NCBI GenBank assembly: GCA_048595045.1
Contig: JBMDXS010000120.1
Coordinates: 3,736-67,735 of the forward strand
Source: Acidimicrobiia bacterium
Lineage (GTDB): Bacteria; Actinomycetota; Acidimicrobiia; Spongiisociales; ZC4RG35
Length of the DNA stretch: 64,000 nt
Direction of reading: 5' to 3'
Shown: one piece after another, positions 43,712 to 52,792 of the stretch
Layout of the letters: every line of letters begins with the position of its first letter
How positions within the stretch are numbered: position 1 is the first letter of the stretch
The notes under the pieces: generated by a model
Told to the model about the DNA's origin: nothing
The model's database searches: none
Seen by the model: the letters and a program-made list of their open reading frames with translations, nothing else
Program-made: the position numbers and the translations under genes

Positions 43712-45367
43712 TCAGTCCGCGTCTTGATCGGCCATGGTCGGAATCGACCCGTCGGTCTGGTGCATCGCCTCGTGGGTTATGACCAGCTCCTCGAAGTTGG
43801 GCGGGTCTTCGACGTCGACCGAGATCAGGTGACGGGTCACCGGGCCCCCTGCGCGATCGAAGGAGCGGGCCCGGGCGATGATGTCGGCCGAGGCGTCGTC
43901 GATCCTTCGGTGTTGGGCGAGATGCTCCTCCCATGAGCCGGTGGCGAAGAGCTCGGTCAGCCTTGTCGGCTCGCTCACGTTGCGCAGGAGACGCCAACGG
44001 TAGGCGCCGGTGCGGAGCCTCACCAGGCGGACCAGGTTCATCACGGCGGTGAAATCGTCGAAGTCCTCATGGTCGATCTTCCAGGTGTTGAGAATCAGGA
44101 CGGGCCCGCCCTCCACGGCCTCCTCGTGGGAGGGGACCGGGCGGTCGGATGTGAACTCCGGGGACTCGATCTCATCGAGGCTGGGGATCCGGAACAGCGG
44201 CACCAGGGCACCGAGGACGACGGAGGCCGAGCAGAGGATGGTGATGGCGGGACCGGTCCCGACGGCGTCGGCCAGGATCCCGGAGATGATCGAACCGATC
44301 GGCATGATCCCGACGAAGGAGAAGCTGTAGAGCGACATCGCCCTGCCCCGGATCCACTCGGGTGCCATGAGCTGAGCCGTGGCGTTGAGGTTGGTGAGGG
44401 TGAGCACCCAGAAGGCACCCGAGAAGAACATGAAGATGCCGGCTACCTCGACGGTGGAGGACAGCCCGAGCCCGATTCCGACCAGGCCGAACGAGCAGAT
44501 CGTCAGCACCGGGGCCCAATTCTGGAAGCGATCGATGAACCGTTGCCTCATCGCGGTCGCCACCAAGGCACCGGCACCCATGGCACCGAGGAGGATGCCG
44601 AGAGTCCCTGGTGTGCCCCCGATGGCCAGGTTGTGGCCCGGTAGCACCGACTGCACCACCGATGAGGTGATGGCGAATAGGGACACCAGGAGGAGGAGAT
44701 TGCGAAATGCCTTGGTGAACCTGGCATAGCGAATGCCGAGCAGGATCGCCGTGCCCAAGGGGGCGGGATCCCTCTCCCGACGTTCGAAGGTGCTCATCAC
44801 CATGAGCAGTCCGGCGATGACGAACCCGTAGGTGAGGGCATTCACCCCAAAGCCCACCGCAGCACCGAACACCGCGTAGATCAGCCCGCCCAGGGCGGGG
44901 CCCACGGCGCGGGCGACGTTGAACGCAGCCGACTGGAGGGCAACTGCCGATGCGATCAGACCCCGGGGGACCATGTCGGGGAGCAGCGCCTGCCAGGTGG
45001 GGAGGTTCAGGGCCACCCCCGTCCCGAGCACGAACCCCAGCCCGAGGAGCAAGGGCGGTGTGATGACATCGGTCCAGGTGAGGACGGCCATCGCCAGGGC
45101 CGACCCGCCCATGATCCCTTGGGCCAGGAGCATGAGCTTGGCCCGGTCGAACATGTCGGCCAGGGCTCCGGCGGCGAGGCCGAAGAAGAGGAGGGGCAGC
45201 GAGGTCGAGGCAACCATCATCCCTACCCAGGTGTTGGACCCGGTGAGATCCAGCATCAGTTGGGCCGACGACAGGTTCTGGATGAACGTCCCGAACGCGG
45301 ACAGCATCGATGCCACCCAGAGCGTGCGGAAAGAGCCGTATCGAAGAGGGGCGACCGCCGAGGTCAT
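43712..45367 (-). CDS. MFS transporter (MFS_3 / EntS-like) with a soluble C-terminal extension of about 130 aa
   Basis: Track ORF 43712..45568 trimmed to ATG 45367 (MTSAVAPLRYGSFRTLWVASMLSAFG). About 12 hydrophobic helices, then the hydrophilic tail ILNTWKIDHEDFDDF... Confidence 0.8.
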   Translation of the reverse strand: MTSAVAPLRYGSFRTLWVASMLSAFGTFIQNLSSAQLMLDLTGSNTWVGMMVASTSLPLLFFGLAAGALADMFDRAKLMLLAQGIMGGSALAMAVLTWTDVITPPLLLGLGFVLGTGVALNLPTWQALLPDMVPRGLIASAVALQSAAFNVARAVGPALGGLIYAVFGAAVGFGVNALTYGFVIAGLLMVMSTFERRERDPAPLGTAILLGIRYARFTKAFRNLLLLVSLFAITSSVVQSVLPGHNLAIGGTPGTLGILLGAMGAGALVATAMRQRFIDRFQNWAPVLTICSFGLVGIGLGLSSTVEVAGIFMFFSGAFWVLTLTNLNATAQLMAPEWIRGRAMSLYSFSFVGIMPIGSIISGILADAVGTGPAITILCSASVVLGALVPLFRIPSLDEIESPEFTSDRPVPSHEEAVEGGPVLILNTWKIDHEDFDDFTAVMNLVRLVRLRTGAYRWRLLRNVSEPTRLTELFATGSWEEHLAQHRRIDDASADIIARARSFDRAGGPVTRHLISVDVEDPPNFEELVITHEAMHQTDGSIPTMADQDAD

Positions 45368-45400
45368 CGGGTACCAGGGTAGGCCCGGTATTTTCTCGTC

Positions 45401-46057
45401 GTGGTTCGCGATCTCGCCTACTTCGTCTCTGGTGACGCGGGGCCGGGCCCGGGCGTGCTGGTCCTGCACTCCTTCTGGGGACTGACCCAGTCGGTGAAGA
45501 GTCTGTGCGACGATCTGGCCGATCACGGGTTCACGGTTCTGGCTCCCGACATCAACTTCGGCGAGCACCCCTCCTCCGAGCAGGAGGCTCTAGACCATCT
45601 GGGCAAGGCCGATCCCAACCGGCTCGCCTCCTTGGTCCTGTCGTCGGCGAAGCTGCTCCACGAGAAATCGACAGAAGGCCCGATCGGGATCGTCGGCTTC
45701 GGGATGGGCGGCTCTCTGGCACTGTGGGCGTCGGTCCGTCTCGCCGATCTGGTCGATGCGGCCGTGTCCTTCTATGGCAGCCAGCAGATCGATTTCGCCG
45801 GCTCCAGGGCCTCCTACCTGATCCACCTCGCCGAGGAGGATGAATACGTCTCGGACGACGAGGCCGCCTTCATGGAGGCGACGATGCGTCTGGAGGACCT
45901 CGATGTCGAAGTGGAGAGGATCCCGGGCACCAGACACGGGTTCGCCGAGCCCGATGGCGCCACCTTCGACCCCCAAGCCCGGGATCGGGCCTGGACACGG
46001 ACGCTCGGCTTCCTTGAGGAGCACCTGCGTTGGGAGGGATCGACGCCGACGGGCTAG
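45401..46057 (+). CDS. dienelactone hydrolase family protein
   Basis: 218-aa ORF with GVLVLHSFWGLTQSVKSLCDDLADHGFTVLAPD, GFGMGGSLAL and GTRHGF. Confidence 0.75.
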   Translation: MVRDLAYFVSGDAGPGPGVLVLHSFWGLTQSVKSLCDDLADHGFTVLAPDINFGEHPSSEQEALDHLGKADPNRLASLVLSSAKLLHEKSTEGPIGIVGFGMGGSLALWASVRLADLVDAAVSFYGSQQIDFAGSRASYLIHLAEEDEYVSDDEAAFMEATMRLEDLDVEVERIPGTRHGFAEPDGATFDPQARDRAWTRTLGFLEEHLRWEGSTPTG

Positions 46058-46149
46058 CCGGGACTCACCGAACCCGACTGCTCCGTTCGACGCGTCGGCT
46101 TCGTCGTCATGGCTAGCGTCGTTCGCCAGCCAACCGAGGAGCATGTCCG

Positions 46150-46704
46150 ATGATGCAGGCCGAAACCTATTCCCTGGGATGGCCGAGATGGGCTCTGATC
46201 ACCTTTGGCGTCCTTTCGATCATCGCCGGCGTCCTGGCCCTGGTTTGGCCCGGTGTGACCATCCTGGCCCTGGTGATCCTCCTCGGCATCCAGATCCTGG
46301 TCTGGGGCGTCCTTCTCGTGGTCAACGCCTTTCAGACCGGTGAAGGGCGCGTCCTCGCAGTCATCTTCGGCGTGCTCGCTCTCATCGCCGGGACCTCGCT
46401 GTTCCTCCGACCGATCCGCAACCTGGGAGCTGTGGTCATCGTGCTCGCCGTCTTCTGGGTGGTCGGAGGCCTGATCGAGACCATCGAGTCGATCGTGGAC
46501 CGAGGCCCGGGATGGGGATGGGAGCTCGGTTCGGGTCTGATCTCGATCGCCGCCGGGATCGTGGCCATGGTCTGGCCGGAGATCACCTTGTTCGTCATCG
46601 CCGTCGTGGCCGGCGTGTGGATGATCATGATCGGGGTCATGCGTCTTGTGGCGGCCTTTGGCCGGTCCGGCAGTGGCGCGGTGCCGCCACCCGCTCCCGC
46701 CTGA
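46150..46704 (+). CDS. HdeD/DUF308-family membrane protein
   Basis: 184-aa ORF. Repeated helical pairs (GVLSIIAGVLALVWPGVT..., GLISIAAGIVAMVWPEIT...). GAGGAG RBS upstream. Confidence 0.7.
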   Translation: MMQAETYSLGWPRWALITFGVLSIIAGVLALVWPGVTILALVILLGIQILVWGVLLVVNAFQTGEGRVLAVIFGVLALIAGTSLFLRPIRNLGAVVIVLAVFWVVGGLIETIESIVDRGPGWGWELGSGLISIAAGIVAMVWPEITLFVIAVVAGVWMIMIGVMRLVAAFGRSGSGAVPPPAPA

Positions 46705-46717
46705 CTCGTCGCCACCA

Positions 46718-47566
46718 GTGAGAGCCGAGCCACTGACCGATCCCGTGGTGTACCACGGGGAGGGACCGGTGTGGTCCGATGCCTGGGGTGGTCTTCGCTG
46801 GGTAGACATGCTCGATGGCGACGTCCTCTCTCTGGGCACGGACGGTTCGATCGACCGCCGCCATGTGGCCGACATCGCCGCCATCGTCAGGCCCCGCCGT
46901 GGAGGGGGGGCGGTGCTAGGGATCGAGCGTGGCTTCGCACTCGAAGAGCCCGATGGCTCGATCCGCCGACTCGGCGATCTCTGGGACGGTGACGACGTCC
47001 GCATGAACGAAGGTGGTTGTGATCCCGACGGTCGCTTCTACTGCGGGTCGATGGCTTACGACCAGCACCCCGGAGCGGGATCGCTCTATCGGCTGGACGC
47101 CGCGGGTGAGGTCGAGGTGGTGCTCGAGCAGGTAACCATCTCCAACGGTCTCGACTGGAGCCCCGACGATTCGCTGGCCTATTACATCGACACCCCGACC
47201 CACGAGGTTTCCGTGTTCGACTACGACTCCGATCGGGGCCTGCGCGGCAGGCGCACCCTCGTCGAGATCCCCGCAGAGAACGGTGGCCCGGACGGTCTCG
47301 CCGTCGACGAGGAGGGAGGGATCTGGGTTGCCCTGTTCGGGGGCAGTGCCGTGCATCGTTACACCGATTCGGGGAAGCTGGACGAGGTGATCGAGGTCCA
47401 GGCGCGTCAGGTGACGGCTTGCTGTTTCGGGGGGCCGGGTCTGGACCGGCTGTTCATAACCACCTCGCGTGAGAACCTCGAGCCCGATGACGACCCCCTG
47501 GCCGGCTCGCTGTTCACCGCAATCCCCGGTGTAGCCGGGCTCCCGGTCCGGGACTTCGCCGGTTAG
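46718..47566 (+). CDS. SMP-30 / gluconolactonase / LRE-family protein
   Basis: Track ORF 46646..47566 trimmed to GTG 46718. HGEGPVWS, SNGLDWSPD, PDGLAVDEEGGIWVA and CCFGGPGLDRLFITTS. Confidence 0.8.
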   Translation: MRAEPLTDPVVYHGEGPVWSDAWGGLRWVDMLDGDVLSLGTDGSIDRRHVADIAAIVRPRRGGGAVLGIERGFALEEPDGSIRRLGDLWDGDDVRMNEGGCDPDGRFYCGSMAYDQHPGAGSLYRLDAAGEVEVVLEQVTISNGLDWSPDDSLAYYIDTPTHEVSVFDYDSDRGLRGRRTLVEIPAENGGPDGLAVDEEGGIWVALFGGSAVHRYTDSGKLDEVIEVQARQVTACCFGGPGLDRLFITTSRENLEPDDDPLAGSLFTAIPGVAGLPVRDFAG

Positions 47567-49320
47567 GCCGCCTCCCCTTCCTCCGCCCAGAGCGATCGCA
47601 TCAGCTCGGAGCGCTCCAGGAGATCGGGCAGCGTTCCGCGGTCGATGACTCGTCCCTGGTCCATGACCAGGATCTGGTCCGCCCTGGAGAGGGCGGCGCG
47701 TCGGTGGGACACGACCAGGCACGTCACATCGCGCTGACTGAGGAGCCGGCGCCACAGCTCGGTCTCGGTGTGCACGTCCAGGGCGGAGGAAAGGTCGTCG
47801 AAGACCAACAGCTCGGCGTCGGTGGCCAGCATCCTGGCTGCGGCAGAGCGCTGCACCTGGCCACCGGACAGCTTGACGCCCCTGGCCCCGACCATGGTCT
47901 GCTCACCCATCTCGAGACGCTCCAGGTCGGGCTCCAGGACGGCCAACTGCACCGCCTCCCGCAGCCGCTCTCGGGCCACCCGTTGCCCGAGGGCGATGTT
48001 GTCGGCGAGCGACTCGGAGAACAATCGGGGAACCTGGGCGGTGTAGGCCGAACGGGGCGGAACGAAGAACGAAGCGAGGTCTTCGACCAGCTTGCCGTTC
48101 CAGCGAACCTCCCCGTCCGAAGGGACCAGCCCGAGGAGGGCGCGGACCAGGGTGCTCTTCCCCGATCCGATCTTGCCGGTGACCACGGTGAACGAGCCGC
48201 GTTCGACCTCGAAATCGACTCCCTCCAATCCCTCTCCCCCGTCCGGGAACCAGTGGTTCAGCCCGCGCACCTCGAGTTTTCGCAGCGGGTCGATCCCGAT
48301 GTCGGGCAGGTCGATATCGGGGATGTCACCCACCAGCGGCACCCTGGTCCGATCGAGCAGCTCCTCGTCGGGGGCGTCTACTGCGAGGGAGCGGATCCGC
48401 TCGAAGGCGACACCGGTCCTCCGATGCTGGGCGACGATGTCACCGACAAAGGCCATGTAGTCGGTCAGCCGGGGCAGATAGGTGAGGAAGAGGGTGAATT
48501 CGAAGATGCTGAAGGTTCCCTCGCTCACGGAGCCGGCCGCGGACAGCAGCACGATGGCGACGGTGATGGTCGACATGTTCCGGTTCACGCCACGAAGCAC
48601 CTCGGTGAGAAAGGTGTCGGACAGAGCTGCTTTGTGTCGGGTCTCGTTGAGCCGGTGGAGACGCTCCAGCATCTGATCCTCGGCCGCGGCCAGCTTGATC
48701 GACTGCACTCCGGCGAATGTCTCCCCAATGAACCCGGTCACCCGATCGGTCGACTCCCGCATCGCCCGACGGCGCTTTCGGATCTGCGGGCTGAGGGCCT
48801 GGGTGAGGATCATCGTCAGGACCAACGGCACTACGAGGATCGTGGTGAGTCCGGCGTCGATGGACGCCATCACCACGATCGCCCCTATCCCGAAGAACAG
48901 CAGGCCACCCATGTCCACCCAGTTCTCCATGTACTCGAGGACGTCGTCCACGTCGTCGCGGAAGGTGCTGACCGCCTGCCCCGGGGCCAAGGGCACCACT
49001 CGTGAGCCCGGGGCCTCCATCAGCCAACGGAGCAGATTGCGCCTCAGTTGGAGAGACTGCTCGAGCCAATGGTTGATCCAGTGGATGTCGCCGAGCCATA
49101 TGACCAGGTTCCGACCGATTGCGAGGATGGCGAAGACGATGGCGGGCGCCCATGCAGTCTCATCGACGGGACTGCCCTGAGCGAGACGGTCGAAGACCTG
49201 TGCGATCAAGATCCCGAAGGCGAGCGGTAGGCCGTGGACGATGGTCCACATGGCGAAGCAGTAGAGGAATCGCCCGGGGCGATACCTGATCACTTCCCAG
49301 ACCAGACGCAGTGTGCTCAT
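47563..49320 (-). CDS. ABC exporter, fused permease-ATPase (half transporter)
   Basis: 585-aa ORF. Six N-terminal helices, Walker A GKIGSGKST, signature LSGGQVQR, Walker B LLVFDDLSSALD. Confidence 0.9.
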   Translation of the reverse strand: MSTLRLVWEVIRYRPGRFLYCFAMWTIVHGLPLAFGILIAQVFDRLAQGSPVDETAWAPAIVFAILAIGRNLVIWLGDIHWINHWLEQSLQLRRNLLRWLMEAPGSRVVPLAPGQAVSTFRDDVDDVLEYMENWVDMGGLLFFGIGAIVVMASIDAGLTTILVVPLVLTMILTQALSPQIRKRRRAMRESTDRVTGFIGETFAGVQSIKLAAAEDQMLERLHRLNETRHKAALSDTFLTEVLRGVNRNMSTITVAIVLLSAAGSVSEGTFSIFEFTLFLTYLPRLTDYMAFVGDIVAQHRRTGVAFERIRSLAVDAPDEELLDRTRVPLVGDIPDIDLPDIGIDPLRKLEVRGLNHWFPDGGEGLEGVDFEVERGSFTVVTGKIGSGKSTLVRALLGLVPSDGEVRWNGKLVEDLASFFVPPRSAYTAQVPRLFSESLADNIALGQRVARERLREAVQLAVLEPDLERLEMGEQTMVGARGVKLSGGQVQRSAAARMLATDAELLVFDDLSSALDVHTETELWRRLLSQRDVTCLVVSHRRAALSRADQILVMDQGRVIDRGTLPDLLERSELMRSLWAEEGEAA

Positions 49321-51059
49321 GGCCGGGTGTCTCCCAGGATGTCGCCTCTGCCCGCGGCCAGCAGCGCTGAATAACGCGTGCCGGGATCGGCTGCCAGCTC
49401 ATGGCGGGGCCCATGCTCGACGATTCGACCGGCATCCACCACCATGATCTCGTCGGCGAGACGGACCGTCTCCAATCGGTGGGCGATGATCACCACGGTG
49501 CGGCCGGCGTACAGGCGCTCCGTGGCCGTGGCGAGCAGAGCCTCGGTCACCGGGTCGAGACGTGACGACGGCTCGTCGAGTATCACCACGCCCGGGTCCT
49601 GGAGGAAGACGCGGGCAAAGGCGAGCAGCTGCTGCTCCCCGGCGGACAAACCCTGGCCACCAGGCCCGAGCTGACTATCGAGCCCGATTCTCCGGATCCA
49701 ATCCCCCAGCCCGACGGATTCGAGCACGTCGTAGATCTCGGCATCCGCTCGCTCCTCGAAGAAGGTCAGGTTCTCCTTGATCGTGGCCTCGAACAACTGC
49801 ACGTCCTGGGTGACGACCCCGACCGACTCCCGCAACGACGCAGAGCGGACACTCCGCAAATCGTGCCCCCCGAGGCGGACCACTCCATGGTCCGGGTCGT
49901 AGAGCCGGGCGATGAGACGGGTGATGGTTGTCTTGCCACCGCCGGTCCGGCCCAACAGCCCGAGCGAACGGCCGGGGGCCAGGGCGAAGCTGACATCGTC
50001 GAGCACGCCGCGGTCCTCATAGGCGAAGGAGACACGATCGAACTCGATGGCGAGAGCGCCGGATGGGAGCACTTCGTCGCCATCGGAGATCGAGGTCCGG
50101 AGACGTCGGAGATGATCGATGCGGACGATTCCGCCTGCTGCCTTCTGCAGCTCCTGGAGCTCCTGTGTGACCTGCTCGATCGGCCGACGCACCAACTGGA
50201 CGTACTGGAGGATCAGGAAGGCCGTGCCCACCGAGATGGTGCCGTTCAGGGTGAGCCACACACCAACGATCAGGGCGAGCGCATCGCCCGCCCAGAAGGC
50301 GGTGTTGGCCGAGACCCAGACCAGGATCCTCTTGCGCCAGGCGTGGGTGGTCCGGGTGTAGAAGTCCCGCATCACCGGGACGAACCGATTCATGGTGAAT
50401 CGACCGGCGCCGAGCGAGCGGATGTCATCGACCCCGGCGAGCCGTTCCTCGATGAAGCCATAGAGCCGGGCCGACGTCTCCCGCTCCTCTTCGGCAGCCG
50501 CGACCGCGATAGACCGGAGACGGACGAGGAAGAGGACGACAGCGATCACATAGATGGTGATCGTCAGGCCCATCGCAGGCGTCTCCAGCCAGCAGACCAC
50601 GATCACACCGGTGAGCAGGATGGCAGCTGCGATCAGCCTGACCAGGAACCGGGAGATGAACTCGGAGAGGGCGGTGACGTCTCCGTCGACCCGCTCGATC
50701 ATCTCGCCGGGAGTCGTGTCGTTGTGGAACCCCATGTCGAGGGTGAAGAGATGTTCGGTCAGCTCCTCACGAAGACGGTTCGTCGCGCTCCAACCGATGT
50801 CCGTGCCCAGATAGGAGGCACCGGCGTCGAGAAACTGGTTGAGGATCCCCGCAACCAGGTAGGCGATGCCGGCGGTGGTGAGCCCGGCCACGGCGGACCC
50901 GCTGATCGCAGTGTCGATGAAGTCGGCCAGGATGAGCGGTATCACCAGTTGCAGCCCGATCGAGCCGAGCAGCAGCACGCCGAGCACGGCCACCCGGCCC
51001 CGCAGCGGGCGGAGGTAGGTGGTGAGTGTGGCGCGGTAGGACGGGGCCTGAGCAGTCAT
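49317..51059 (-). CDS. ABC exporter, fused permease-ATPase (half transporter; heterodimer partner)
   Basis: Track ORF 49317..51146 trimmed to ATG 51059 (MTAQAPSYRATL...). GRTGGGKTT, LSAGEQQLL and VVILDEPSSRLD. 4-nt overlap with the partner gene. Confidence 0.9.
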   Translation of the reverse strand: MTAQAPSYRATLTTYLRPLRGRVAVLGVLLLGSIGLQLVIPLILADFIDTAISGSAVAGLTTAGIAYLVAGILNQFLDAGASYLGTDIGWSATNRLREELTEHLFTLDMGFHNDTTPGEMIERVDGDVTALSEFISRFLVRLIAAAILLTGVIVVCWLETPAMGLTITIYVIAVVLFLVRLRSIAVAAAEEERETSARLYGFIEERLAGVDDIRSLGAGRFTMNRFVPVMRDFYTRTTHAWRKRILVWVSANTAFWAGDALALIVGVWLTLNGTISVGTAFLILQYVQLVRRPIEQVTQELQELQKAAGGIVRIDHLRRLRTSISDGDEVLPSGALAIEFDRVSFAYEDRGVLDDVSFALAPGRSLGLLGRTGGGKTTITRLIARLYDPDHGVVRLGGHDLRSVRSASLRESVGVVTQDVQLFEATIKENLTFFEERADAEIYDVLESVGLGDWIRRIGLDSQLGPGGQGLSAGEQQLLAFARVFLQDPGVVILDEPSSRLDPVTEALLATATERLYAGRTVVIIAHRLETVRLADEIMVVDAGRIVEHGPRHELAADPGTRYSALLAAGRGDILGDTRP

Positions 51060-51105
51060 GGGCTGTGCCAGACGGTATCCCGAAGGGCACCTTTGGCTCG
51101 TGGAA

Positions 51106-51741
51106 TTAGATCGTGGCCGATGGGTGCAAGACGGGCTCGAAGCCATGTCGCATGGCAGCGACGGAGGTTGGTGGTGTGAGCACCTCCACGGTTTCGCCGA
51201 GGGGAATGGGTCTGGGATCGGCCCAGCCCGAGAAGTCGAACGACATCAGGCGATCGTCGATCACCAACAAGGGGTTGCGCCCGGCGTCGATGATGATCGT
51301 TCCCCGTGGGAGCAGACCGAGTGACGTTGCCCATGTGATGCGGTCGGCAGCCCGCTCCAGGCCACGACCGGGCCGGAGCCGCTCCGTTGCCAGGAGCCGG
51401 TTCAACCTGGTAGCGCCCGGAGGAGGCTCGGCTCGCGCTCGGGAGACCGCCTCCCGATATCGGGCGTAATCGGGGCGCCGGCACAACCCACAAGGGCGAT
51501 GACCGGCCGCCAACGCCACCGCATCGTCGAGGAAGAAGAGCGGGGTCCATGTCCCCGGGGCGTCCACCGGATGTCGCCAGCCTCGGTATTCGGTGACACA
51601 TGTGATCCATAGGTCACCGCGATGATGACGAGCTATCCGACCGTGATCGTCGACGAGACAGCCACGGTTACCGGTGAACAGACCCCGATGAGAGACGGCG
51701 TGGAGGTCGCCGAATGGGTCGACCCGGTTACGACGGGGCAC
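51106..51741 (-). CDS. conserved hypothetical protein
   Basis: 211-aa ORF with MPRRNRVDPFGDL...GNRGCLVDD...LFFLDDAVALAAGHRPCGLCRRPDY. 14-nt overlap with the upstream dehydrogenase gene. Confidence 0.6.
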   Translation of the reverse strand: MPRRNRVDPFGDLHAVSHRGLFTGNRGCLVDDHGRIARHHRGDLWITCVTEYRGWRHPVDAPGTWTPLFFLDDAVALAAGHRPCGLCRRPDYARYREAVSRARAEPPPGATRLNRLLATERLRPGRGLERAADRITWATSLGLLPRGTIIIDAGRNPLLVIDDRLMSFDFSGWADPRPIPLGETVEVLTPPTSVAAMRHGFEPVLHPSATI

Positions 51742-52792
51742 TCGGAGAGTCCGGTGGGAGGAACTCGATCACTGTCTTCACGGCATCGGCCTCGCGCCGA
51801 AAGGCGTCCCGCCAATCGTCGATCGGCACACGCCGGTCGATCATCCGCTCCAGCCATGAGTGATCGGCGGCAGCCAGGACCCGGGCCGCCTGCTCGTAGT
51901 GCCGCCGGTTGGCGTTCACCGTCCCGAACATGGTCCGATTCTCCAGGACCATGTCGCGGGCGAAACCGGCGGCTCCGGAGCTTCCTTCCCCGGCCACGCC
52001 GGCCAGGCAGACGATTCCGTTGGGCCGGGTCTTCCCCGGGGCCTCCTGCATCAAACCGGTGTCACCGGTGCACTCGATGACCACGTCGAATCGCTCGTCG
52101 ATGGCGGTCAACCCCTCATGCTGGTAGGTGGCGCCCAGGTCGCCGACCAACTCCGGTTTGGTCCCGTCGGCCACGCGGTCGAGGACGTAGACCTGGTCGC
52201 AGTGGTCGAGGGCGAACAGGGCTGCGAGGAGCCCGATCGGCCCCGCCCCGGTCACCAGCGCCGTTTTGGGCTCCCAGACGGCTCTGGCACCGATGTGGAG
52301 GATGTGCTCCCATGCCTTGGCCACCACGCTGGCCGGCTCGACCAATACCCCGAGAGCCCCGGTGCCGGCCACGACCGGCACGGCGAACTCCTCGGGCAGG
52401 GCGAGCCGTTCTGTGGCGTAGCCGTCGAGCCCGCGTATCCCCGCTTCGGCGAATCGGCCGTTCTGGCACATGTCCCACTCTCCGACCGCGCAGTTGGGGC
52501 ATGGGAATGGGTCGGGCCGGCGGACGATGGGCGCCACCAAGTCGCCGACCGCGAATCGACTTCCCTCCGGTGTGCCTATGACACGGGCCACTGCCTCATG
52601 ACCGAGGACGAGACGGTCCCGCCCAGGAGGCGGGTGGCCGAAGTCGCCCTCGATGATCTCGTGGTCCGTGCCGCAGATGCCGACCGCCAGCACTTCGACC
52701 AGCAAGTCACCCGGGCCGGGCGCAGGCTCGGTCCGGTCCTCCAGGCGTAGCGAGTCGGGGGAGGATCCCGGCTCGATGGTGACTGCTATCAC
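51728..52792 (-). CDS. zinc-dependent medium-chain dehydrogenase, glucose-1-dehydrogenase-like
   Basis: 354-aa ORF with VGICGTDHEI, GHEAV and VTGAGPIGLL. 4-nt overlap with the GH15 gene. Confidence 0.7.
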   Translation of the reverse strand: MIAVTIEPGSSPDSLRLEDRTEPAPGPGDLLVEVLAVGICGTDHEIIEGDFGHPPPGRDRLVLGHEAVARVIGTPEGSRFAVGDLVAPIVRRPDPFPCPNCAVGEWDMCQNGRFAEAGIRGLDGYATERLALPEEFAVPVVAGTGALGVLVEPASVVAKAWEHILHIGARAVWEPKTALVTGAGPIGLLAALFALDHCDQVYVLDRVADGTKPELVGDLGATYQHEGLTAIDERFDVVIECTGDTGLMQEAPGKTRPNGIVCLAGVAGEGSSGAAGFARDMVLENRTMFGTVNANRRHYEQAARVLAAADHSWLERMIDRRVPIDDWRDAFRREADAVKTVIEFLPPDSPSAPS

